Under the pieces are notes generated by a model that saw only the letters and a list, made by a program, of their open reading frames with translations, made no database searches and was not told the origin of the DNA. 64,000 bases of DNA from Octopus vulgaris. Taxonomy: Eukaryota. Positions 1-14,814 of this stretch are shown here, piece by piece (within the stretch, counting starts at the first letter, position 1; each line of letters starts with the position of its first letter). The stretch lies in NCBI GenBank assembly GCA_951406725.2, contig OX597814.1, positions 144,150,001-144,214,000 of the forward strand. The letters run 5' to 3'. The position numbers were made by a program, and so were the translations under genes.

Positions 1-33
1 ATATATGTGTACGTATGTGTATACATACATATA

Positions 34-85
<52 letters not shown>

Positions 86-171
86 AACATATATATATGC
101 ATATATAAAAAGAGTGGCAGATAGAAGCTACTACTTCCGCGTGCATGTTGAGAACATAGATGCTTTAATGA

Positions 172-219
<48 letters not shown>

Positions 220-227
220 TATTATAT

Positions 228-296
<69 letters not shown>

Positions 297-326
297 ATTA
301 AAACAATAACTCCATTAATTCCTAGC

Positions 327-371
327 AATATCTGAAGAAACAATTTTTATATTCCGAAATATATTAATATT
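327..371 (+). ncRNA. minimal type I hammerhead ribozyme motif (degenerate stem II)
   Basis: AATAT-CTGAAGA-(weak stem II)-GAAA-TATATT-A-ATATT; stem I AAUAU/AUAUU; palindromic AATATATT in stem III; island flanked by (TA)n. Confidence 0.5.
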
Positions 372-983
372 TTAAATAATTAAATAATTTATAACAGTTA
401 TTATAGTCCACTCTGCATCATTGTGCATTGTGCCATTCCCGACACGTTACATTTCATAAGTATATATATATATATATATATATAGGTAATAATTTTATAT
501 ACATTGTAGTATGCTATTTAAAACCTGTTCACAGTATCCGGTTACTTGATTTCATCTATGATGCACCACAAGGTTATGGTACACGATCTCATCTGGAAGG
601 TACAAGCGTATGATGGATCGAGGCGATCGTCCGGACTAAAGAGACTTTGAATTTCTATTTTCTTTCTCTCATGTCATTAAGTATGTATATATGTATGTAT
701 GTGGTTTTTTTTGTGTACGTGCGTGCGTGTGACTGCATTCATAGGGGTGTGCGCAAGCGTGCATATATGTTTGTATATGGAAGTGTAATTAGTTATTTTT
801 CCAAAAGATTTTATCGATTCCACCCTGCTTAATTTTGTCATATAAGTTCAATTTTCCTATGGATCTAATAATATATAATAATACGAAGGTAAAACAATTA
901 GCAAGCACGTCAGATAATCTACGTTAAGACGTGGTTCAGTTTGCTTTTCCTGGACTAATTACGTAGATAAACAGATAGGTAGA

Positions 984-1017
984 TTAATATGTAAACAGAT
1001 AAGTGGGTTGGCACATG

Positions 1018-1100
<83 letters not shown>

Positions 1101-1301
1101 GGAAAGAGATAGATAGATAGATAGATGGAGGGAGGGATGGATGAATGGGAAGAGATAAATAGATGGATGGATGGATGGATGGATGGAAAGAGATAGATGA
1201 ATGGATGGAAAGAGATAGACAGATGGATGGATGGAAAAACATAGATGGATGGATGCAGGGTGGGATGGAAACAAATAGATAGATAGATAGATAGATAGAT
1301 C

Positions 1302-1337
<36 letters not shown>

Positions 1338-1445
1338 TATAGATAGATAGATAGATAGATGGATGGATGGATGGATGGAAATAGATGGAGGAAAATAAAT
1401 GGATGGATGGATAGATAGATAAATAGAGAGAGAGAGAGTGAGAGA
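984..1445. repeat. compound (GATA)n/(GATG)n microsatellite
   Basis: Direct reading; source of the spurious LSIY/HPSI ORFs. Confidence 0.95.
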
Positions 1446-1958
1446 GAGCATTTGTTTATACACACGCACACGCATATATATAAGAAAGAAAGGAAGGAAT
1501 ACAAGCAGGCATGGACAGATAGATAGAGAGAGAGAGAGAGGGAGAGAGAAAGTGATAGATAAGAAGGTGATGACTGCGTAGAGGAGTAGCATGAAGTGAA
1601 GATGACCAGGTGGTGGGTGGTAAGAGTTCATGTTATTAGTGACGTTGGTTCGCGCGCGTGTGTATGTGTGTCTATGTGTGTGTGTGTTTAAACGCTAAAC
1701 TCTAATATAAACTAACAATCAACGACTGATATATTTACCTACCATTTATTCTTCACGCCGTGTCTGGCCTCCGTCTATCTCCACCCCTACCTACCTACCT
1801 ACTGTTGTTGCTATTGTGTGGTGCCGGTGGTCGCGGGCCAGTAATATCTGTTAATAATTGACTGTATGTCTCTTCATGGAACACCAACACACCAACACAC
1901 CAACACACCAACACTACCACTACGACTGCCTCGGCCGTCATCGTCGTCACCAATCACC

Positions 1959-2024
<66 letters not shown>

Positions 2025-2375
2025 CTCTGTGTTTCAAATAATGAACTGTGGACAAGGTAAACACTTGGTGTGCGAATAAGTTTTCATTGATGTCGGGGTG
2101 GATTATAGTCGAGTAGATTTAAACAAGATAAAATGAGGGAACTTGAAGAAGACCTGTTAGTATACCTGTTGTTATTGGGAGATTGGCATAATGATCTTTG
2201 TTTAATTTCTCACTCTCTCTGTCTCTGTCTCTCCTTCTCCTTCTCTCTCTCTTTGGTTTATTCGTGTCTGTGTTTTTATTTTATTTGTTTGTGTTGGGAG
2301 GGGGAAGTCGGTTGGATAGGGGAGTTGGGTCAATCATAAGACTCACTCCCCGCCTTCTTATGTCTGCTGCTTTCC

Positions 2376-2417
<42 letters not shown>

Positions 2418-2571
2418 CACACACATACATACACACGCACACACGCACCCACAGATGTAAAGGTAATTATATAAGTGTGAATGTATGCACATATGTGTAT
2501 GTGTGTTTGGGTGTGCGTGCGTGTGTATGTGCGCGTGTGTGTGCACACAACATACATATACCTATACATAC

Positions 2572-2602
<31 letters not shown>

Positions 2603-2740
2603 TACATACACACGTAGAGAGACAGATAGACAGGCAGACTGACAGACAGATAAATAGATAGAGAGAGAGAGAAAGAGAAAGACAGAGAGATGGATGGATG
2701 GGTGGATGGATGGATAGACAGATAGATGGATGGATAGATG

Positions 2741-2815
<75 letters not shown>

Positions 2816-3002
2816 GCATAATTTGTGTTTGTAAGTAGTTACTTAACTTTTACTGGTTTCAGCCGAATGCAGCGGTCAAGCTGGTTTACCGCCTTTAGAC
2901 GTATGTATGTATTTTCTGCATTGGGAAACTTAGCCCTTCACTAATATTGCAAAAGCTAGCACCATTGGCACCTCCATGAGAAATAGCAATGAGAACACTA
3001 AC

Positions 3003-3222
3003 AATGATTTCAAATTTTTGTCACAAGGGCAGCTTGGGACAGGGGATTAAGTCGATTACATCGACCCCAATGTTTCACTGGTACTTAATTTATCGACTCC
3101 GAAAGGATGAAAGGCAAAGTCGACCTCGGTGGAATTTGAACTCAATGTATCGACGGCCGGAAATACCGCTAAGCGTTCTGTCCAGCGTGCCAACGATTAC
3201 GATTCTACCAGCACGCCACCTT
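3003..3222 (-). mobile_element. tRNA-derived SINE, family A
   Basis: Reverse complement of family A: B box GAGTTCAAATTCC and body GTCGACTTTGCCTTTCATCCTTTCGG.GTCGATAAATTAAGTACCAG. Confidence 0.85.
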
Positions 3223-3223
3223 C

Positions 3224-3336
<113 letters not shown>

Positions 3337-3609
3337 TAACAATAAAAATAATAAATAATAATAACAGTAAACTGACTGGTATCAGAGCCTTATAATAACA
3401 ATAAACTTACTGGTATGACTGCTATGGTTGTTTGACCTCATAGAAACAACAGCCTAGTTACTACATACCACACGTTTAATAAACCCGTACAAATCCCTTA
3501 AATGATGGAATGGTCAAAGCTGAGATGACCTTTGATGATGGGGCTCTTCGATCAGGCTGACTATGTACCTGAATACAGCAACTACAACCACCAATAAAAT
3601 TGATTAAAC

Positions 3610-3641
3610 ATCATCATCATCATCATCATCATCATCACCAC

Positions 3642-3715
<74 letters not shown>

Positions 3716-3740
3716 CCATTCATCATCTTCATCATCACTA
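3610..3740. repeat. (CAT)n microsatellite
   Basis: Direct reading. Confidence 0.95.
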
Positions 3741-3916
3741 TCGATTTCGTGATAATTAAATGATGATCCCATCATAGTTTATTCCTCTCTCTCTCATAAT
3801 ATAACCACTGTCATTAGTACTACAAAAACTACCTCTACCACCAGCATCAAACCACCACCGACACCATCCCCCCACCAACACCACCACCACTGCTGCTGAT
3901 GCGGTGCTGGTGTTGT

Positions 3917-3955
<39 letters not shown>

Positions 3956-4940
3956 CGCAATCACCATCAATATTACTATGTCCATCACAAATGACTATAT
4001 TGACATGAGATATATGCTGACATTATACCACCATCACCCTCAACAGAAAGACCACATGCTCCACCACCAGTACCCTTATACCCCACCACAACTCCAAAAG
4101 CACCAACAACAACAACAGTTACAGCAGCAATGAACTGCGACTACCATTACAAAAACAACAGTATAATTATTGTTATTCCAGTACTGTGATGTGCCAGAAC
4201 AAACAAGTCTCTAGAGTTAATAATGCTAATGACGTCAGACATATTGTCTGAATGAGATTAATAATTCTATATGTCTGGATAAGAGATATGGAAGCATCCG
4301 AGAGGTCTGGGAAGGCTGTGAGCCTCTCAAAAGATAATCCCTTAGACAAATGTACCGCTATCAGTGTTGTTGTTTATCTAGCTGACCTGTGGTCAATAAT
4401 ACTATTTCAGCGATAATCATCCCGTTTGGGGTTTTAAGGCGGCAAGTTGGCAGAGTCATTAACAGCGTTGGATGATATGCCTCGGGGTATCAGTTTCGAT
4501 TCGAGACGTTCTTTATTTCAAACTTTTATTTTCATCTTCCGGCGTCAATGAAAGAAGAAACCAAAACCGAATAGGTGGATTGATGGAACAGTCAGAGTAT
4601 CGGACGTGGTGTGATGTTTTTCAAAATCTGTTCCAGGCCTTTCTTGGTCAAGACTCATTTTGCGTCTTTTCTTGGCCTAGTCTCAGTCTTTGGGTATTGT
4701 AGACAATATCTGTATGTATGTATGTATGTATGTATGTATGTATGTATGTATGTATGTATGTATAGGCGCAAGAATGGCTGTGTGTGGATTCCCAACCACA
4801 CAGTTCTGGGTTCATCCCACTGCGTAGAAACTTTTGCAGGTAGAAATTTTGATAGACAGAAACTGAAAGAATGGAAGAAACCCGTCGTATATGTGTGTGT
4901 GTGTGTACGTGTGTGTGTTTTAAGGCGGCAAGTTTATATG

Positions 4941-5035
<95 letters not shown>

Positions 5036-5941
5036 GCATATACGTATAGGTATGTAAGTAAGTACATATGTATGCATTAAGTATCTATATATGTACGTAT
5101 ATATGTAAGTATGTGTATATGAATATATGCTTGTATGTATTTATACATACATGCATATATATTTCCAGTCCTTTGCATTCTGAAAGCAGAGTCTACGAGG
5201 AGACAGATGCCGAGCCATGTCGGCTCTGGCGGTCTTTCACTCGAACAAAATGGGTGGCAGGTAGAGGAGAGACTTCATGATTGAATATTTGCCAGTCTTC
5301 CACAAAAAGAAAAATACATTTCTCAAGTTTACACTTGCGGAGACCAAGACCCGAACAAGTAATGACACAGACTGACACGAGACTAAGAAGAGACAGGGAA
5401 TGTGACCAGACCAAGACTAGAAATAGATCGAAACCGGACCAAGAAAAGAGAGAGAGACCAGAGACCAAAATATAAAAAAAAAGAAGACAGTGGATGTTGT
5501 GTTGGAACACAAAATGCTGTGTTATTTGCCACGAGGGAAACATCACATATGGACTTGTAGTGCAAGGAAGAGAAAGACGAGGACGGAGAGAAAGATAAAG
5601 AGAGGGGGTGACGAGCAGGAGAGGAGGGGAAAGAAAGGAGGAGGGGAGAAGAGGAACGTTAGGAGGAGTAAAGAAGCAGAAGAAGAAGAAGAAGAAGAAG
5701 AACAACAACAACAACAACAACAGCAACAGCAACAACAGCAACAACAACAGGAAAAGAATTGACCTTAGTACTGAGCTAGTAGTCTATTTATGAAGCTGAG
5801 AAAGGATGAAATGGAAATGAACTTCGGCAGGATTTGAAATGTAAAAGTTAGAATGAATCTTCTCTAATGAGTCCATGAAATCACTGTGTGTCTTAAATAC
5901 GCTTTAAATGGTATCTCAGGGACATATAAATTATATCTGAT

Positions 5942-6009
<68 letters not shown>

Positions 6010-6066
6010 ACAAACATACACACATACACACACACACATACATACATACATACATACATACATACA

Positions 6067-6100
<34 letters not shown>

Positions 6101-6271
6101 CATATGGTCTTGAGCACTTCCACAAAACATCTAAAACTACATTATCAATACTACCTCTTCCTGATATCTGGAATATGTGAATTTAGAGAAATTAGACTGC
6201 TAATTATGATGGATCGAGCGACATCGTTGAGACTCATTCATTTGTCTTTTGAGAAATAGAGGTTATATATT

Positions 6272-6490
6272 CCTTCCTACTCTAGTCACAAGGCTCGAAA
6301 TTTTTGGAGGGGAGGGAGGGCCAGTCGATTAGATCGACCCCAGTACGCAGCCGGTACTTAATTTATCGACCCCGAAAAGATGAAAGGCAAAGTCGACCTC
6401 GGCAGAATTTGAACTTAGAACATAAACACAGACGAAATATCGCTAAGCATTTCGCCCGGCGTGCTAACGATTCTGCCAGCTCGCTGCCTT
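6272..6490 (-). mobile_element. tRNA-derived SINE, family A (tail variant 2)
   Basis: Head AAGGCAGCGAGCTGGCAGAATCGTTAGCACG on minus strand; tail CCCTCC..CCAAAAATTTCGAGCCTTGTGACTAGAGTAG. Confidence 0.9.
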
Positions 6491-6814
6491 AGAGAGTTTA
6501 TATATTATATGTGCGCACGAGTGGGTATTTGTTTTCATTGCGTAGCCATTTGTTCGTCATCAACGATTTTGTAATTTTAATTTGATTCATCAATCACATA
6601 TACCTGTACATCAGGATAGCCTGTTACATCCAGTAAATTTATAATCTCCGCCGTGTTCCAGTTTCGCTTAACCTATGTAACAATCACTGTATATTTTATC
6701 GGAACGGCTATTTGAAGTTGCTAAAAAGTTGCATATTTCCAGAGAAAACCCTAACCAGGGCACAGAAAACAATACATTTTAGAATGTTTTTTTTTTTTTT
6801 CATAGTTCAGTGGA

Positions 6815-7210
6815 TTACGCCGAGCAAAATGATTAACGGCATTTCGTTCGTCTTCACGTTCTGGGTTCAAATTCCGCTGAGGTCGATCTCGTCTTTCATC
6901 CTATCAGACTCAATAAAACAAGTACCAATCGAGTAATGGAATCGATGTAATTAACTTACCCCCTCCCCAGAACTTCTTGGCCTTGTGCGAAAATTTGAAA
7001 GTAGTGTTTCAGCGGATTACGACGGACAAAATGCTTAGCAGCATTTAGTCCGTCTTTACGTTCTGAGCTCAAATTCTGCCGAGGTCGACTCTGCCTTTCA
7101 TCCCTTTGGGGTTGATAAATTAAGTACCAGTTAAGCATTGGGGGGTGATGTAATTGACTTGTCCCACTCACCTCAATTTGCTGGTCTTGTACCAAAATTT
7201 GAAATCAATA
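6815..7210 (+). mobile_element. tandem family A SINE units
   Basis: Two head-to-tail partial units, each with a B box and the GTCGA..GCCTTTCATCC body. Confidence 0.8.
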
Positions 7211-7384
7211 TTTCAGCAGATTAACACAGTAACTCTCAAACCGCAATCCACAAAAAAATAATAGGGAAAATTTATTCCCTACTCCTTCATTATGAACGAG
7301 AAGACCAAATAGAGTTTGTATCTATTCCTATAAAATTCTTCTCTCTTCACCATGGTGTTGAACACATTTAAAAAATGTTCAACT

Positions 7385-7554
7385 CGGCTGTGTGGTAAGT
7401 AGCTTGCTTACCAACCACATGGTTCTCGGTTCTGTCCCACTGCGTGGCACGTTGGGCAAGTGTCTTCTGCTATAGCCTCGGGTCGACCAAAGCCTTATGA
7501 GTGGATTTGGTAGATGGAAACTGAAAGAATCCCGTCGTATATATGGCTGTGGGT

Positions 7555-7628
<74 letters not shown>

Positions 7629-7826
7629 CTGTTTGTTCCCCCACCATCGCTTGACAACCGATTTTGGTGTGTCTACGTACCCGTAACTTAGCGGTTCGGC
7701 AAACGGGACCGGTAGAATAAGTACTAGGTTTACAAGGAATAAGTCCTGGGGTAGATTTGTTCGAGTAAAGGCGGTGATCGAGCATGATCGCAGCCAAATG
7801 ACTGAAACAAATAAAAGAATAAAAGA
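7385..7826 (+). mobile_element. tRNA-derived SINE, family B (CORE-like, internal microsatellite)
   Basis: GGCTGTGTGGTAAG head, GGCAC.TTGGGCAAGTGTCTT CORE-like block, internal (TG)n, tail ACTGAAACAAATAAAAGAATAAAAG. Confidence 0.9.
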
Positions 7827-8509
7827 ATATTATAATTTTACTAAACAGAGTAGGTTTTTTTTTACCCCGTTTCATTATCCACAGCCCTCCACTTCTCTTA
7901 TAAACAATAGATAAGCAGAAAGCACTCATTTGCAGAATCGGTAGAACATCTGACAGAATGATTTGTGTTATTTGATTAGATCCTTTATCGCTGTGAGTTC
8001 TGGTCCAACCTGTTGGGGTTCGCTTTGACTTTTCATTCTCCTACAGTCGATAACATAAAAGAATAGTTTAATAATGGTGTCAATTCATTCGATTCCCTCC
8101 CCAAAAAATGTATGCCCTTGTGCCAATGTTAGAAATCAAATTTTGAATAAGAATAAATATGCCTAACGTTCTTTTTGTTTTGTTTTGCCGACCATTTGTT
8201 TTAGGATCTTTTGTTGTTGATTTAATCCACCAACCGGTTGGGTACCACTAAATGTCCCTTACTTACTTCTAACTGAATTTCCTCTCTAGTAAACATTACG
8301 TAGATGTACGTGTGTGTATATGTGCGTTTATGTGTCTGTGGGCACACGTGGAATGTCTGTATATGCAATTAAACACACACATATCCAAGTTAATGAATAA
8401 CTTCCTCCCACCATTGTTGTAGGACCTTAAAAATAAGGATCAAGTATGCTATCCTTTCTTCCCTGGATAACCTATGAAAAATCTATGTGAGTAGAACTGT
8501 AAAATAAGT

Positions 8510-8887
8510 TTCAGTTTTGGCACAAGGACAGCAATTTATGAGGAGGGACTCAGTCGATTACATCGACCCCAGTGTCCAACTAGTACTTAATTTATCGACC
8601 TCTAAAGGATAAAAGGCGGAATTTGAGCTCAGAACACAAAGACAGACGAAATACCTATTTCTTTACTACCCACAAGGGGCTAAACACAGAGGGGACAAAC
8701 AAGGACAGACAAACGAATTAAGTCGATTACATCAACCCCAGTGCGTAACTTGTACTTTATTTATCGATCCCGAAAGATGAAAGGCAAAGTCGACCTCGGC
8801 AGAATTTTAACTCAGAACGTAGCGACAGACGAAATACCACTAAGCTTTTTGCCCGGTGTGCTAACGTTTCTGCCAGTTCGCCGTCCT
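8510..8887 (-). mobile_element. family A SINE dimer
   Basis: Two units joined at GAAATACCTATTTC. Confidence 0.85.
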
Positions 8888-9054
8888 AGTTAATTAGGAA
8901 TTTATTCAAGATATTCCCCTCTAAGATTCACACACATATTGCAGCGGTCCTTCAGTTTTTCTAAGCTCTGTAAAAAAACACTCGAAAGGTTAGGCCGCCA
9001 ACCAGGCCTTTCGCGACAACCTTAAAGCCAAGAACTTTTCAGCATGCTCTCGTA
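8888..9054 (-). mobile_element. partial mariner-derived MITE
   Basis: Reverse complement of the element at 29071; TIR ends ..GAACTTTTCAGCATGCTCTCGTA. Confidence 0.75.
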
Positions 9055-10612
9055 TATACTTAAAATATGAACAAAATTATTCCGATTGATCTGCAAACAT
9101 TATCTACCTCTGCAATAAACATGTCAATAGCCAAAAGAGATAGATTATTTTCCTATCTTTCATTTTTAAATATTGATTTCTTGTTTTCGCATTGGCATAG
9201 GGCCACAGGGTTTAGAGCAAAAGGACATCCCAATGTCTAGCTAAAGCTTATGAGGTCATTGACGTGTGTATATTTTATGTTTGTTTTGACTGGAACAGAG
9301 GAGACAGTGAATATTTAGTATGTTGTTATAGTAATTGTTCTGCCGTGTTGTATAAGAATATAGGGAGGTAGGGTTAGAAGTGATATAGCTGGTGGTGATG
9401 ATGGTGGAGATGGTTGTCGTGGTGATCCTGGTGGTGGCAGTGGTGGTTGTGGCGGTGGTGTTAGTGATGGTGGCAATGGTGGTGATGATGGTGTTTGTGT
9501 CAGTAGTGATGATGATTGTGGTGATTGGTGGCAGTGGTGGCGGCAACGGTGGCCGTGGTGGTGGTGGTGGTGGTGGTGGTGGTTGTGGTGGGGTAAATAA
9601 ATGAAATCGAAATTCAGTATATTAATAACGATATGACATACCAACACTCGGCTGAATTTTTTTTTTTAACTGAGAAGAGCAAAAACGGGCGAAACTTTAT
9701 ACCCTTAAGGAAGTTGTTATTATTGTTACCCTTATTGTTGGTGTTTACCTTTCGTCATACTGTACCAAACAGACATATGAGCAAAAACATAGCAACCATA
9801 AGCCTCACGGTAGCATTTCGTTTTCCTTAGACATGGTGTCTATAGTAATTAATAATACAATGCGTACAACCATTTATTTAAATACGGAAACGTGAGCTCT
9901 AATTTGAGAGGGATTTCATTGTTATACCTACCAAAATGGGCGAACGTATCGAGGATCCAGTTTTTGTCCGTTTTAAAAATTGCACTAACTATCTGCCTTT
10001 TGTTTTCTAAACTTTCTCCGTACTTATTTAAAATCACGGCATAAACTTTCCTAGCGAATTGCTTGTATCTTATTTATTTCTCGGAATACAGTCATACACT
10101 ATTTTGTTTCAAGATGTATCTTATCAAATCTTTCTTCCAATAAATAATGGTTGGTATCTGATTCATCGCAAAACTTCCAATCCAATATTTCAAAAGATCA
10201 ACTCTGTAGATAAAGTTTCAGTCAGAAATTCTCGAAACAGAAAAATCTAATGCATTACAATTGTCGATTGCAACAGCATATGTGTGTGTGATGAACAGAA
10301 ACACACACACACACACGCTCACACATACATACATACATACATACATACATACATACATACATACATACATACATACATAGTGGCTGCTTTCTCGTGTACG
10401 GGGAAAACCATTGCTAGAAAGTATCACCTGATCTAAAACGCTTCGATAAATACTAGATGAACCAATCCCCAATTTTTCTGTCCACTGTGAAATGAATGTT
10501 GTCGGGGAACAAAATTTCTACACCTAAAATTTTATGCTCTTTAGAAAGTGTACTTCATAGACAGACAAACAGATAGGCAGACAGACACATAGACAGACAG
10601 ATAGAAAGAAAA

Positions 10613-10698
<86 letters not shown>

Positions 10699-10702
10699 GG
10701 AG

Positions 10703-10744
<42 letters not shown>

Positions 10745-10900
10745 TGATATAGAGAGGATTCATTTAGCCATTGATATACATATTTACGTATTTGTGTGTG
10801 TGCGCGCGGCGTGATTGTATGTGTGAATATACACAAGTATAGATATGTACATGTACCTACGTACACACATACATACATAAGTAGCCAATTATATATATAA

Positions 10901-10931
<31 letters not shown>

Positions 10932-11388
10932 TGTGTGTATTCGTATTTCTGTCCCGGTGGTTATATGATTTAGGATCTAAATTTGAACATATGAATATAC
11001 TAAGCATTTTAGTAAAATGCTCTAGGTGTATTTGCAGAAATCCTTTCTACTGGAACCACAAGGCCTCAAATTTTGGGGGAAGGGATTAAGTCGATCACAT
11101 CGACTCCAGTACGTAACTGGTATTAATTTTATCGACCTCGAGATGATGGATCGCAAAGTCGACCTCGGCGGAATTCGATCTCAAATCCTAACGGCGGACG
11201 AATACTGCCCGGCGGAAATACCTATTCATAAAGACTAAGAAAAAAAAGAATTGAAATCAACTGACTTCTGCATCAGCCTATTGTTTGCTCTATATACGTA
11301 AAATCAGCCTTTTATTTAATTGCATGTCTGCCTGTCTATCTATCTGTCTTTCTATGTATGTATGTATGTATGTATGTATGTATGTATG

Positions 11389-11456
<68 letters not shown>

Positions 11457-11796
11457 CATCTAGCTACCTACCTAAATGCCTTCCTATCTCTGCAACTAAT
11501 ATGATGTATGCTAATACAGTTAGATATCAAAACCTAAAGCAACAACAAAACCGCTATTGTCTCATAATATTCCGAAACTATTGACATCCGAATATATATA
11601 TATATGAATAGATAAATAGAGAGATAGATACACACACGCACACATAAATGTGTGTGTGCATATATATATACACACACACACATATATATATATATATAGT
11701 TCATCCAAACAAAAAAACACAAAAAAACACAACAACGCGAGGACGTGGAACAAATATAGTATTATTGGACACTCAGGAAAGAAGGGAAGAAGGAGA

Positions 11797-11831
11797 GTTT
11801 AACGTTTCGAGCGGAGCTCTTCGTCGGAAAC
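11797..11831 (-). ncRNA. minimal type I hammerhead ribozyme motif (CCGACGA core variant)
   Basis: Minus strand GTTT-CCGACGA-A-GAGC-TCC-GCTC-GAA-ACGT-T-AAAC; stem I GUUU/AAAC, stem II GAGC/GCUC, palindromic AACGUU. Confidence 0.65.
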
Positions 11832-12166
11832 ATAGGAGAAGGAAAGATCCAGAGAAGGGAAGACAGAGGAAAAAAATTGCCAACGGTACACACGAGGTCA
11901 CATATATGTATATATGATGTATGTACATATGTATGTATGTATGTAATCACATACACATACACACATACATACACATATACATATTCATACACACACAAGA
12001 CCGGTAAACTTAATCCTTTCCAGTCAGTGTGAAGTTACATGATACTTCAAGAGTTTATCTTTTGTCAAGCCTCCTCTGGTGGCTGCGCAGGCAAAACAGC
12101 CGTTAGACAACGAGGTGTGGCTGTAAATGGCCTCGCCACTTACAAACACATTATGAACAGTTGTCA

Positions 12167-12241
<75 letters not shown>

Positions 12242-12296
12242 TATAATAATAATAATAATAATAATGATAAGGATAATAATAATAATAATAATAATT

Positions 12297-12797
12297 GGAA
12301 GTGTTATCATGTACATTGTTTTGTCTTGGTATAAAAGATGGGCTACAGCAAATATTCTGCTCAATACCACAGATTTGCTTGTCAGTTGTTTGACCTTAAC
12401 CAGTTGAGCATGTCCCTCAGTGGCTGACGATATGTGCATCTCTGATCACGAGCAGAAGTAGTGGGGAAGCATCATAGCCATGTGTTGAGAGGGATTCTTT
12501 GGGGTTTGAATGATCCACCTCTGGAAACATGGGTGGTTCTTTCAACATCCTTAAACAACCCTTATTCACGGACCTTTTGAGCGGGATGGGCTACTCAACC
12601 TGAAGAAAATTCTAACTGGGCCCCACCTGCAAGGTCATGTGCTGTTTATCTTGATATGAGATCACCATGTCGCGCACATATGGTTGTGATGCATGTGCCT
12701 GGTGTACCTTTATCAGACGGGTAGTCATGATGGGTATATTGGGCTTCGTATATTTTACCCCAGTGTCACTTTGATGGCATGCACTGCTCTCTCACTC
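12297..12797 (+). mobile_element. probable 3' end of a non-LTR retrotransposon within an (AAT)n tract
   Basis: About 500 bp complex sequence bounded on both sides by long (AAT)n; ends CTCTCTCACTC(AAT)n. Confidence 0.55.
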
Positions 12798-12868
<71 letters not shown>

Positions 12869-13073
12869 CACTGATAATGATGATGGTGATAATGATGAAT
12901 AAATAAATGAAAATCCAAGCAATAAAATATTTTTAAAATATAGAGTGATGGAACAAAGCAACAGCGTATAAATGAAATACATATCTATTCACACATACAT
13001 ACACACGCACCCCCCCCCCACACACACACATACACACGCACATATATATATAATGTAAATATCTATATGTATA

Positions 13074-13149
<76 letters not shown>

Positions 13150-13273
13150 AACATATATATATGTTTGTATATATATATACAAACATATATATATATGTAT
13201 ATATATATAAATAAATAAATGTATATATAATGTATATTTGTAATATGATATGTGACAATTATTCGGTTGCCAT

Positions 13274-13334
13274 GATAAAACTCCGAGTTTCGGATGTCAG
13301 GGCGGAAACCTACACCGGCATCTCTTCAGTTATC
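13274..13334 (-). ncRNA. type I hammerhead ribozyme motif
   Basis: Minus strand GATAA-CTGAAGA-GATG..CATC-C-GAA-ACTC-G-GAGT-T-TTATC; stem I GAUAA/UUAUC; island inside (TA)n; homologous to 18562-18624. Confidence 0.7.
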
Positions 13335-13395
13335 GAAATGTATATAAATGTATATAATATATATAATATAATATAATATAATATAATATAATATA

Positions 13396-13474
<79 letters not shown>

Positions 13475-13816
13475 AAATTAGGAGCTCATAAAAAGAAGCT
13501 AGGAAGATTTGTTTGTGAGTGGGTATATGGGTAATGTAACATGAAACGAAGGTATGACGAGGTGAACATCACATGGATAACAATAGAAGCTGCGAGGAGG
13601 ATCCAAAAAGCGATATTAAATAAGTTTTTGTTTTTGTTTTTGTTTTTAAATCATATAGGATATAAATAAATACATAAAGCAGGAACATATCGGTGGGAGG
13701 ATAAAAGTTAGCTTAAGGGAGATTGGATAACAATAGATTTTTGCATGCTTGGTTACATTTCTTTGTATATTTGTGATGAAAAATGGTGATTTATGTGGCA
13801 ACGTTAACCACAGTTA

Positions 13817-14210
13817 AAGCGGCGAGCTGGCAGAAACGTTAGCCCGCCGGAAGAAATGCTTAGCAGTATTTCGTCTGCCGTTACGTTCTGAGTTCAAATT
13901 CCGCCGAGGTCGACTTTGCCTTTCATCCTCTCGGGGGTCAATAAATTAAGTACCAGTTACGCACTGGGGTCGATATAATCGACTTAATCCGTTTGTCTGT
14001 CCTTGTTTGTCCTCTGTGTTTAGCCCCTTGTGGGTAGTAAAGAACTAGGCATTTCTTTCGCCTTCATGTTTTGAGTTCAAATACCGCCGGCGTCAACTTT
14101 ACCTTTCATCTTTTGGGGATCGATAAAATAAGTACCAGATAAAATGACTACTGAGGTCGATCTAATCGACCCCACCGAAATTGCTGATAATGTGCCAAAA
14201 TTTGAAACCA
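13817..14210 (+). mobile_element. family A SINE dimer
   Basis: GCGGCGAGCTGGCAGAAACGTTAG A-box head, GAGTTCAAATTCC B box, second headless unit downstream. Confidence 0.9.
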
Positions 14211-14735
14211 ATGTCATCAAACGAATTATCTGGCGTCAAATTGGCAGTGTCTCTAGTACATCGGATACAACAATTTATCAGATTTTTTCGTACAGTCGGC
14301 GCTCAAAGTTTAAATCTATCTGTAGTCAACGTTTATTTTTTTTTCTTTTATCATTTTGGGATTGATAAAAATCTATCGATCTAGGGTGGTGGTTTTGTAA
14401 AACCTTAAGAATTGTGTCTTTTTATTTTTTTTTTATTTGTTCTGGTCTTTTACGTTCAAAAAACCAGAAAATACAAATTCTGCATTTTAACCTGAATGGT
14501 AAATTTAATACCGCCTTGTACCTTGCGTAGTTTTAGCAGAATCTGATCGTTCGATTAATCTTTGGGTGAATCAATCAATTAGCTAATTTTGTCGAAGTCC
14601 TTTCGTAGCCATTCTCGACCTCATCAATAGCATACCCTCTCTACTCTTTTTTAAAGAGATTATCAAGAAAAATCAAATCCCTTTCCTCCATCTTCACGCC
14701 ATATGAATTTTAAATACACATGTATACTATTTCTC

Positions 14736-14814
<79 letters not shown>

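Noticed and set aside
5490-5762. Poly-E/poly-Q ORF
   Set aside because: Produced by purine-rich low-complexity sequence and (GAA)n/(CAA)n microsatellites
6304-6492. Recurrent peptide YLIYRPRKDERQSRPR.NLN in many ORFs as a gene family
   Set aside because: Antisense translation of the family A SINE body
9849-10210. Protein-like minus-strand ORF (ILNKYGESLENKRQ..)
   Set aside because: Short, upstream frames interrupted by stops, no family recognised
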